Source: Takakia lepidozioides (Eukaryota > Plantae > Bryophyta). Taken from it: 64,000 nt of DNA. The stretch lies in NCBI GenBank assembly GCA_030704615.1, contig CM060733.1, positions 47,182,001-47,246,000 on the forward strand. The letters are read 5' to 3'. The notes under the pieces are model-generated. The model ran no database searches and was not told the DNA's origin. It saw nothing but the letters and a program-made list of their open reading frames with translations. The position numbers were made by a program, and so were the translations under genes. This document shows positions 51,320-59,974 of the stretch, piece after piece; the first letter of the stretch is position 1, and each line of letters begins with the position of its first letter.

Positions 51320-52831
51320 CTATGCTGCAACCTCTTGAGCAGTACCCCCTTCCTGCTCAGTCAATGACAAGGCCTCATCCTGCCCCATCATCTCATCATT
51401 GAGAACCTCCTCATCCCGAGAAGAATCCCCAACCTCATCCATCACAGCTGCCTTCGCTGCCAACTCCCTCTGAACCTCGAGCACCTCCCACATGTGCCAT
51501 GGATGTCTACACCTCGTGGTCCTCACCGGCTCGCCCCCACTCGCTGCCTGTACCGTCTCGGTAGGCAGAGAGACCATCAAGGGAAGTGCACTCCGCACTC
51601 TACGTTGCTCAGCCATAGCCAAGCTGACAATCCAGGTCAAGCAATTGAGATCCATTGCTTGCCCCAACACCTGACGACGTGATGCCTCAGAAAGGGAAGG
51701 TACCGCCGTGGTCCCAGTGGAAAACCCCATAGCCCGCTCTCGCTCGTCGGCATTAGGCTCCACTAACTGCTGCAACTGAGCATCCCACAGGAGGCCAGGT
51801 CCACCATCCCGAAAAGCATGGGATCCTGGGAAGCTGAGCAGTGTAGGTAATGCTGCTCGTGGTTGACCCACTCTGTTGACCACTGCCAAAGGTGAACGGT
51901 CATCGTGTCTCACACGTTGAGACTGCCTTCCTGTGTCCAAAATGCCATCCACGGTGAGGTGTGCTGGCCGCTGCACCCCATCAAATGCACGCTTGAGCAG
52001 TGCGGGTGGCATCAAGTTAGTCCACCATAGTCGTGGACGATGAGCCCGTGACCCCACTGCAGCTGCATCCAGCAATACTGCTGACCCAAGCCACGACCGG
52101 ACTTGATGCACACTGGCCATCACCCTGGCCCGAGAATCACCCATCAGTGGCACATTCTCCAAGATGTATGCCGGAGATACAGCCTGATGAAGCTGCAAGT
52201 GGCGCAAAATCCGCACCATCTCCCAAAACAGACCCGTCCTCGAGTCTCGCAATCCATTGCCATGCCCGGCTGATGAATGCCCTTGGCAGGGCCAACCTGC
52301 CACTACCAGATCAATGGAGCCAACCCGCTCCAAATCCTGCGCCCCCAGCAACGAAATGTCTGCTGGCAAGGCCTGCTGATATCCACGAACTGCAGACACC
52401 TGCAACAACTCAGGGTGCTGCTGCACCATCTGAGCCACATGGCGCAGTGAGACGCGTCGTGCAGTCTCATCCCTCTCCACATACAGGTAACGCCTTACCC
52501 GCACACCTGCCTGTAGCACAGCAGCCAATCCGGTGCTGATCCCGCCAAACAAGTCCAGAAGGCAAATGCCTTCATCCGGCCGCTGCCACACAAGAGGTGT
52601 GGTGTCCAATGGCGACAACTGAGGTGGCCCTGGTGCAATCACCGCACTCTCCTCCTCTCCTGACGGTACAAAAGCTTCTACCCAAGCTTGTTGCACCCGT
52701 CCATCAGCAGCTTGCTGCAAATCCTTGCTCGTACCCCACAACGGAGTGTGAGCAACCATGGCAGGCAACTTCCGCCGTACCATGCATGTCATCCTGCTCT
52801 GCTGGAGGTGGCACATCCTCTGCATGGGCAT
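51320..52831 (-). CDS. C5 cytosine DNA methyltransferase domain (DNMT3-like appearance) within pol; catalytic domain at ~51640-52575
   Basis: Motif I DLFGGISTG, II YVERD, IV AGWPCQGHS, V DSRTGLF, VI YILENVP, VIII AHRPRLWWTN and X RQVLGQAMD, all in one open frame. Confidence 0.92.
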   Translation of the reverse strand: MPMQRMCHLQQSRMTCMVRRKLPAMVAHTPLWGTSKDLQQAADGRVQQAWVEAFVPSGEEESAVIAPGPPQLSPLDTTPLVWQRPDEGICLLDLFGGISTGLAAVLQAGVRVRRYLYVERDETARRVSLRHVAQMVQQHPELLQVSAVRGYQQALPADISLLGAQDLERVGSIDLVVAGWPCQGHSSAGHGNGLRDSRTGLFWEMVRILRHLQLHQAVSPAYILENVPLMGDSRARVMASVHQVRSWLGSAVLLDAAAVGSRAHRPRLWWTNLMPPALLKRAFDGVQRPAHLTVDGILDTGRQSQRVRHDDRSPLAVVNRVGQPRAALPTLLSFPGSHAFRDGGPGLLWDAQLQQLVEPNADERERAMGFSTGTTAVPSLSEASRRQVLGQAMDLNCLTWIVSLAMAEQRRVRSALPLMVSLPTETVQAASGGEPVRTTRCRHPWHMWEVLEVQRELAAKAAVMDEVGDSSRDEEVLNDEMMGQDEALSLTEQEGGTAQEVAA

Positions 52832-53654
52832 TGCCTTCCAGCAACTCTCCAGGCCAACTAACTGCAGCTGTGAAGGCGGCTAGTGTTGGCATCTTGCCCC
52901 GCTGAGCAGCTGCAATACCCCCAATGAATGTCACAGGGAGCTGTGCACGGCGACCATCCCCTGACTGCCATCCAGGCCTGTAGGATGCTGACTCCTCCCA
53001 GAAATCCAGGGTGAAGCCCATGGGGTATAACACTGCCCCACCAACGAGGACATCGTAAGAGACCGCGTCTGTCACAATGGCCTTGGCTCGCATCACTGAG
53101 CCATCTACAGGATGATCCGGCTGCAGTCTAATAGCCAACTGATGCCGTGTCATGCCGCGAGCCTGCTCTGATCCTCCCAGAGATGTCTGTATCTGGAAAG
53201 GACAAGGCTCCATATCCGCCTCCATGAGGCCCAAACCTGCAATAGCAGCTCTGCCCAACATCAGTGGCTGAGCTCCTGAGTCCAACAAGACCCGCAGTGG
53301 CCGGTACTTCTTGCCTGCCGGTCCACTCAAAGTGAAAATGCCTCCCTGGTTGTCTAACAAGACAACTCCAGGTGTCACCATGGCGCGCTCAATGGCTGGC
53401 CTAGCTGGCAGCTCCGTCAATCTGGCAGCTGCAGCTTGCCAGGGCGCTGCCGTGGCAGTCTTGACCCTCAAATCCGAGGATCCCTCTGCCACTACACCTT
53501 CCACTAACTCCGCAGAAGATGAAGTGACCTCTCCACTCTCGCAGAGTGTTGCTGCTAGTCTGAACACTGCAGCTGGTCTCACTCCCGGCGTCGCAATCAT
53601 GGTTGCCGAGAACAATGGGGCTTGACACACAGAGGTGGCTGCTCCCAATAACAC
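52704..53654 (-). CDS. Retropepsin-like aspartic protease region
   Basis: RVLLDSGAQPLM and YDVLVGGAVL motifs. Confidence 0.88.
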   Translation of the reverse strand: MLLGAATSVCQAPLFSATMIATPGVRPAAVFRLAATLCESGEVTSSSAELVEGVVAEGSSDLRVKTATAAPWQAAAARLTELPARPAIERAMVTPGVVLLDNQGGIFTLSGPAGKKYRPLRVLLDSGAQPLMLGRAAIAGLGLMEADMEPCPFQIQTSLGGSEQARGMTRHQLAIRLQPDHPVDGSVMRAKAIVTDAVSYDVLVGGAVLYPMGFTLDFWEESASYRPGWQSGDGRRAQLPVTFIGGIAAAQRGKMPTLAAFTAAVSWPGELLEGNAHAEDVPPPAEQDDMHGTAEVACHGCSHSVVGYEQGFAASC

Positions 53655-55520
53655 ACCGGCTGCACTAGCTTGGTAGCAGGTGTCAGTGCTGCACGGGTAG
53701 CTCTTCCCAATGGCATAGTAACCTCCGCCTCGGTAACAGTCGGGCGAGAACTAGGTGCCATGGATGGCGTTGACACTGTCTCCGCCAAGGTGAATGACTG
53801 AGGCAGCCTCGCCTGACGGCTTGCCTCCCCACGTTGTGGATCCAACTCCACCTCTGCACCTCGTGGCTCAGGAACTCGTGCTGCTCCTCGAGTCACGGCT
53901 GCAGCAGACTCCACTTGCTCTAGTGGTAGTGCTGCTCCGCACATGAATCCCATGCCTCCCATATCTCCTCCCTCAGGAGCAGGAGGTGGACCATCCCGCC
54001 TGGGAGCCAGTACCGCCTGAGCTATAGCCATGGCAGCGAGCCTCTGCTCTAGCTGCTGAAGCCGATTGGCCATGCCTTGGTCAACACCCTGACCTCCGCG
54101 TCCTTGGCCATGTGGAGCTTGCCCTTGGCCTGCACCTCGTGCCCGACCACCTCGTCCTCTTTGGGCTGGTCCACCTCGCCCCCGGCCACCATTGTTCCCT
54201 TGGAACTGGCCTGGGCGCAACTCAGGATGCAAGTCATAACACTGGGCATCTCCATGCCCATACTTGCCACAATGCCCACACTGCAACTGTGCAGGCTGTG
54301 CTTGTGCCGGCCTTCTGCCACTCTCTGGGCAATCTCTCTTGACATGGGGTCCTCCACATGTCCAACATATCACCCCTGGTTGCTGTTGGCCTGCAAAAGA
54401 TGCCACGGGCCTTTGCACCTGAGGCCCCCTGTAAGCTCCATGGAACTTGGGCTGGGCAACCTTGCCCCCTGACCACGCTGTTGGGCAGTCCCTTGTGCTT
54501 GTGGGCTGACAGCTGTGCCCCGTACAGGCATGTCCTTGCCAAATCCAATTGTAACAACTCGTCCTCCACCATGTTGAGCTCAATCCGCTCAGCCAGCAGA
54601 AACACATCTGCTAATGTGGGTTGGGCTGCTTGTAACAGGGTTGCATCTCGCACCCTTCTCTTGAGCTCCTTGTCCAGAATTCCATACCAAAACTGGATTG
54701 CCTGAGCTTCAGTAACCCCTTGGGTCACACTTATCAAGCGCCTCATACGAGTGTACGCCTCTCGCAGGCTCTCACTGGGTTTGCGCTGGAAGTCTTGCAA
54801 ACTTCGCAGCTTCTCTGTCCGTACACCTTGGTAGTTCCTCCGCAACTCCTGGAAGAACTCCACCACCGGGTTGAATCTAGGCACATGTGTTGTAGCTGTG
54901 GCAGGAGGAGTAGTAGCACCTTCTGAACTGGTACCACCTGCAGAAGTACCAGCACTACCTGCTCCACTACTAGTGCTGGCAGTGGGAGCTATTGGTACTG
55001 ATGCAGCTACTGGTCGCGTCATGCCTCGAGTAATGGAGATGTAGTCAGGTGACCAATACATCCTCCACTCCTCAATCTCTGCTTCATGTCCTCGCCTGAA
55101 CTCGTGGTAATCGTCCATAGGCGGGCCTTCCAAATGCTGGAACAGTCCCTTCCACGCCATGAATGGGGTGAATAGATGTGGATTGCGCATCTGCTGCAAA
55201 TCACACCAGCTGTCGAACTCCTGGATAAAGTCATCCAACTCGATTGTGCCCACAGCTCCAGAGTACCTACGAGGCCCCTTGGTAGCTCCATACATCTCCT
55301 CCATGTCGTCCCACAACAATGGCGAATGAAAGTGCACACCTGTTGATGAAGCCTCCGAGCCTGTGTCTGACTCTACAGTAATTGAGGGTGGCGGTGAAGG
55401 TGGTCTGAACCGAATACCTCGTCTTGTGAACCCACTCTCACTGTTACTGCCTGTAGCCGTACTCCCCTCAAAACCCTTGGGTAACTCCGTAATGACACTC
55501 ACAATGTGCACCTCCTCCAC
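53597..55520 (-). CDS. Gag (capsid-like domain, two zinc knuckles, RGG-rich tail), split by single-base frameshifts
   Basis: GPRRYSG..LDDFIQEFDSWC; FQRKPSESLREAYTRM (MHR-like); CWTCGGPHVKRDC and CGHCGKYGHGDAQC; GGRGRGG. Confidence 0.88.
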
Positions 55521-56039
55521 GTGACACTATAAGGCTCTAGTACTAATCTAATAGTGACACGGGTGGGCACCTGTTGCAGTCTAAGGGTCATATCCCAGTG
55601 GCTCAGGGCACCTGCACCTGCATCCACCGCAAGAACTCCTATGGTTGGCTGGTCATCAACCCAGCCTCACCATAGAAGAAACACTGGTGGTCTTGCTGGT
55701 CATCACTCCAGCCTCACCACCGACAGCATACTCTAGGATTGACCGGTGATCAAATCCGGCCTAATCCCTATGAAAGCAAGCGCCCACACAAAACCAACAT
55801 GGCGCACAATCAAGCATGCAGGTGTTGGGGGGGATCCAAACACAAGAAATCAAAACATCAACACCCCCACACCAAAATCCAGCTGCAATGCTGATCCTGC
55901 AGAATATCCCAGCCCAAAACCCCGGACTGACTGGCCTCCACCAAGAGAGGCTTTGGCAACTACAAGTACAAGGTAATGAAAATAGTACAGAGATGGAGGG
56001 GAAGAATAGAAGCCCGCCCAAGCAAGATCTAATCCTGAT

Positions 56040-56876
56040 CTATGCTATCAACTTCCAGACTTCTCTCAAAGTACCTCGCTCTGCTTGATGGTAAGGTGTA
56101 GGAGGTATATCTATGTCCAGAAACCTGCCACTAACCTTGTCCCAAGCTACAGTAGCTCGCTCTAACCAACCCTCCTCCTCTTTCTGCCAGGTAGAGACAA
56201 AGCAACACTCTGCTATCTCCCGCTCACTGAACACTAAAGAAAACAAAGGTAGGGTCTGATAGTCTCTCAACTCGAAAGCTTTGAGACGGTTGCGGGTGTC
56301 TTCATTGCGAATGACTGCATCGCCTTCAAACAGAACAAACTTGTCCTCGCTAATGAACCCCCGCTCGTGGTTGCCTTGTGCAGCGCGTGTCCGACTGCAA
56401 CACTGTCTAATTGCACAAACTTGTGCAGCTCCTGCTCCTCTGCTCCAGTACACCACGGCCTTGTGGCTGAACACCTTGGTCCCCGGTGCTGTCTTTGGCT
56501 GTGTTCCAAGCCTAGCTTTCACCCACTTTGGTATTTCACCTACAGCTGCAGAACTGCTGGCTCCAACAGAGTTCTGACTGTCCAAGGCGATATTGAGGCC
56601 CTCAATGCCAACTACAGCAGTCTGTTGTCTACTGCTAATGCCTGACTCCCAGTATGCAATCAACTCGTCCAACTGTTCTCCACTCAAATCAGTCTGAGTT
56701 CCTTGGGAAACATAGATCCTGTCCCCTTGTGTGCACAGGCTAAGAGAAGAGACCTGCCCTTCAATTACATCCTCATTTCCCCCAGCCATACAGGGAGTAC
56801 ATCCACAGGTTTGTCTCTCATATAGGCCAGCACAGGTTCTAGAAACAGGATTGTGGATATTTCGTGGCACACTCAC
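56040..56876 (-). CDS. Extra ORF of unknown function upstream of gag, on the same strand
   Basis: Open frame of 278 codons with a globular-looking C-terminal half. No recognised motif. Confidence 0.5.
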   Translation of the reverse strand: MSVPRNIHNPVSRTCAGLYERQTCGCTPCMAGGNEDVIEGQVSSLSLCTQGDRIYVSQGTQTDLSGEQLDELIAYWESGISSRQQTAVVGIEGLNIALDSQNSVGASSSAAVGEIPKWVKARLGTQPKTAPGTKVFSHKAVVYWSRGAGAAQVCAIRQCCSRTRAAQGNHERGFISEDKFVLFEGDAVIRNEDTRNRLKAFELRDYQTLPLFSLVFSEREIAECCFVSTWQKEEEGWLERATVAWDKVSGRFLDIDIPPTPYHQAERGTLREVWKLIA

Positions 56877-57398
56877 ACTCTAAAAATTCCATAGATTTTT
56901 AGCAGAGTCCCAAAACAGAAACCAGGTTTAGATAGGTAGATTTCCCCTTTCTGTAGGTCCCTGTGCAAATTTGAGGTCAAACAGCCTTTGTATGACCAAG
57001 TTATGGCAAAAACAGGCTCTGTATAATTTAAATTGGATCAAAGCAAAGCTCCAAATGTATTTCAATAAATACAAGTATTTTTGGCGTACCCTACATGTTT
57101 CATGCGAATACCCGTAATTCCGAGGACGGATCTCTACATATGCAGGAGCTTTAAAACTGGGAGTCGGGGATTTGCTACTGGTCGGTGTAGGAAAGAAAAC
57201 TTCGCAGTCTGGTGCCAAGCGTCACGAATACCACTCCAAACAGCGATGGCCTAATGCCCAAGATCCTGTCTTAACTGCGTGATTTGTTCAATCAATGGAG
57301 CCCCTTCAAGCAACTGCTTCGGTCGTTTGTACTGATCATGTCTTCTTAGCTAGCCCCCCACCCTGCCCCCTCCCTCTCACATTGTGTCAGATGAACAC

Positions 57399-57645
57399 CT
57401 TAGCACGGAAGAGGCCATCGAGCAGAATTGACATCACGGTGGACATAGTGGGCCTTGGTGTAATCGTGGATGTACTCCAGCCCCCTCGCTACATCCAAGG
57501 CTATCTGCACTCTGCCTGACCACGGTAATGGCCGATGCCCATTTGCAGCAGCGTTATGAAGACGATCGGTGAGAGCTCCCTTCTCAACCAACTCGTAAAC
57601 CAGGAACAGACTAGTCTCACCTGCCGAATATCCGATCAACTCCGC
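57399..57645 (-). pseudogene. Captured exon of a LysM receptor-like kinase (CERK1/LYK type), kinase subdomains IV-VIb
   Basis: AG|[64 protein letters not shown]-(deletion)[10 protein letters not shown]|GT. Confidence 0.8.
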
Positions 57646-58882
57646 CTTCGGTGGAACAACCCAACTCACAAAGAATTCAGACCAGTTCCCAACGTATCTG
57701 GAGCGACCCTGGAAATTGTATTCTCGCACGGTACATTTGGGAGTAATTGTTAACCCAACTGGCTGGCTTCCTTGGTTGGGTACCTTTGCATTCAAGACCC
57801 TTTTTTATGCAGAGTATCAAAGCAGTGCAGCACCGCTTGCTACCCTGGAGCAGCACAGTCTGCCCATCCACTCTACTGACTATCCCTTATCTTTACACCT
57901 TGCTGCTAATCAATTTACTAAGATACCAACCGAGTTGATCCAGTCACATACTATTCACAGCGTTCGCCATCTCCTTGCCCACAGCCTCAGCATTACCTCC
58001 CTGTAAGCTTATCTTCCAGCGATTCTCGAGTCACGGATTCATCAAGACAAAGCCGGCACCGCTTCCTGCTCTGGCAGTTGCATAGGTTACCAAGCTCCAA
58101 TGGATAAGTCATGTCTGCCCTGAAATAAAATGCAGGTCACCGATCTCTTATGAAACTGCCAGCGACGCTTCCTCTTTCCTTTGAGCTACATCGCTGCCCC
58201 TCTGTATACCTATCCAGATCAGTAGCCCGCAGTAGTTTGAACCTTCCACCCTGAGCCTAGCAGGCATGAAGAAGGGCGGGAATCTTCCAGCTTCCCCGAA
58301 TGATACACCCGATGCAGTGAAAATCAGAATAATACAAAGCTCTACCCTGTTTCCACAAGAAAATCGCAGTGATAGAGACGTCCCAGTGAAATGATATTGC
58401 TCAAGAGTTGACGCATTACATCACCAATAAGTACAATCGACATCTGCACGCATTGGCTGATGACGTGCAATCCAACACGATGCCCAGGTAGCAGTTCCGC
58501 ACACTGTCACCGCCTGCTCTACATTCTCGTGGCCTCACTAGCCCCAATACATGCTTCTACTTGTGCTCGACTCGGTGATTTCAGATGCCACTAGTACTTG
58601 GACCGGCCCCCATGGTGAAGATTGAACCTGCTCGACCTTCAGTGTCCGGCAATGCACCGGTTAACCTATATTACGGGAAGCAATACCTTCTTTCAACAAT
58701 ATGGGCTTCTCAGTTCAGCCCCTTCCAACAACCTTGTACAAAGCAAAGCATTCTGTTCTCGACAGATATATATATGGATTACATAATTCTCCACTTCACC
58801 AGCTCTCAAACAAGCTTTGAAACAAAAACAAGTATACTAGTGCTAACTAAAAACTCACATCTAGCACTGACAATGCAAGCTG

Positions 58883-58894
58883 ATCTCTCTCGAG
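58883..58894 (-). promoter_or_regulatory. Putative self-priming primer-binding site
   Basis: CTCGAGAGAGAT immediately after the 5' B repeat is the exact complement of ATCTCTCTCGAG inside B (59086-59097, minus strand). No TGG tRNA-type PBS. Confidence 0.7.
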
Positions 58895-59251
58895 TGATAA
58901 ACAAAGCTAAAAAGGACATACACTTCCAACACAAGAAATATGAAATCCATCGCTATCACTCATTGAAACTGAAGTCGAGCCAGGGGCACCCCAAGCTATG
59001 GGGACTCCACCCCACAACAACCTGTATCCCTACATAAGCACACTAAAACCTAAACACATGCAGGAGCTCGGTCGCGCAGGCTCAACTCGAGAGAGATGAG
59101 CCGCGCGACTGCCGCTCTCGTGAAGATAAGACAGACCAGGTGTCAAACTAAACTTGACACCTGATTTAACACTTGACCTAAATCCAAGTGTTAAATACAA
59201 ATAACTAGTTTTATTCTAGCTGTTTTCACACTGTGCTTATTTAACTTGACA
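58895..59251 (-). repeat. Repeat B (LTR-like, 357 bp), 5' copy
   Basis: Minus strand TGTCAAG..TTTATCA, identical to 47482-47838. Confidence 0.95.
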
Positions 59252-59484
59252 TATTCCCCGGACACATTGGCGGCGATACAAAAGACCATTTTTGGATTTC
59301 CCGCATCTCCGGGTTACTCGCCAACATCTCCTGTATCCACCACAGGATCTGCAGGATATTACCCTCCAAACTTTTCACCGGACATTGCAACGAGACAGGG
59401 AGTCGTGGAACTCCAGGATGTCTCCGGATCTTTAGGATACTCCCCTGCGTCTCCTGATAGTGTCACCGGATCCCCAAAATATAC

Positions 59485-59974
59485 CAGTGTTGGACTGGTA
59501 TCAAGTTTTTTACATACCAGTCTGGTCCTGGTACCAGGCGTATCACAAAGTTTTCATACCAGTCTGGTCTATATAATGGTGGATGTATATTTGTCCAAAT
59601 ACTGGTTTGAGTATGAGTATCATGACCACAATACCAGCTGGTATGAGGTATTAACTCTGGTATCATCCTTTATGTGTATTGTATTTATTTTTCACTTGAT
59701 ATTTGCTATTTGATAAACTTGTAATTCAAGATGGCTTTAGAAGTAAATATACATAAATACAAATGTATAGGCAAATGTACACATAAATTAATATGGTACA
59801 CATACCAGAGTAAATGAGGTAGGCTACGGGGGGAATACTGGTATTGTGGCTGGTATGAAAAAACTGATACCAGCCTGGTCTGGTATATGACCAAGTATTC
59901 TCCCAAACGATACCAGATTGGTCTGGTATCTAATACCAGTGCATATACCAGTACTTTATACCAGTCCAACACTG
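59485..59974. mobile_element. hAT-type MITE, 490 bp
   Basis: TIR cagtgttggactggtat(c/a)aagt, 8-bp TSD aaatatac (59477-59484 and 59975-59982), many ATACCAG/CTGGTAT subterminal repeats. Confidence 0.92.

Larger units (their letters stand above)
47396..59251 (-). mobile_element. Ty3/Gypsy-type retroelement (gag-PR-DNMT-RT-RH-IN-PHD) with split/permuted terminal repeats
   Basis: TG..CA ends and 4-bp TSD TATT (47392-47395 and 59252-59255). Domain order PR-RT-RH-IN. Two 357-bp repeats and two 87-bp repeats, each pair identical by eye. Confidence 0.95.

Noticed and set aside
51320-52831. Host DNMT gene or bacterial restriction-modification contamination
   Set aside because: Intronless, embedded between PR and RT in frame with RT, and inside the element's repeats in a plant gene context.
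47482-59251. Conventional LTR element bounded by the two 357-bp B repeats
   Set aside because: The flanks (cacaa versus tattc) give no TSD. The TSD and the restored host frame appear only when repeat A (from 47396) is included.
47396-59251. DIRS/Ngaro tyrosine-recombinase element, suggested by the split repeats and a methyltransferase
   Set aside because: No tyrosine recombinase motifs. It has a protease, a DDE integrase, a TSD and a C5 rather than adenine MTase.
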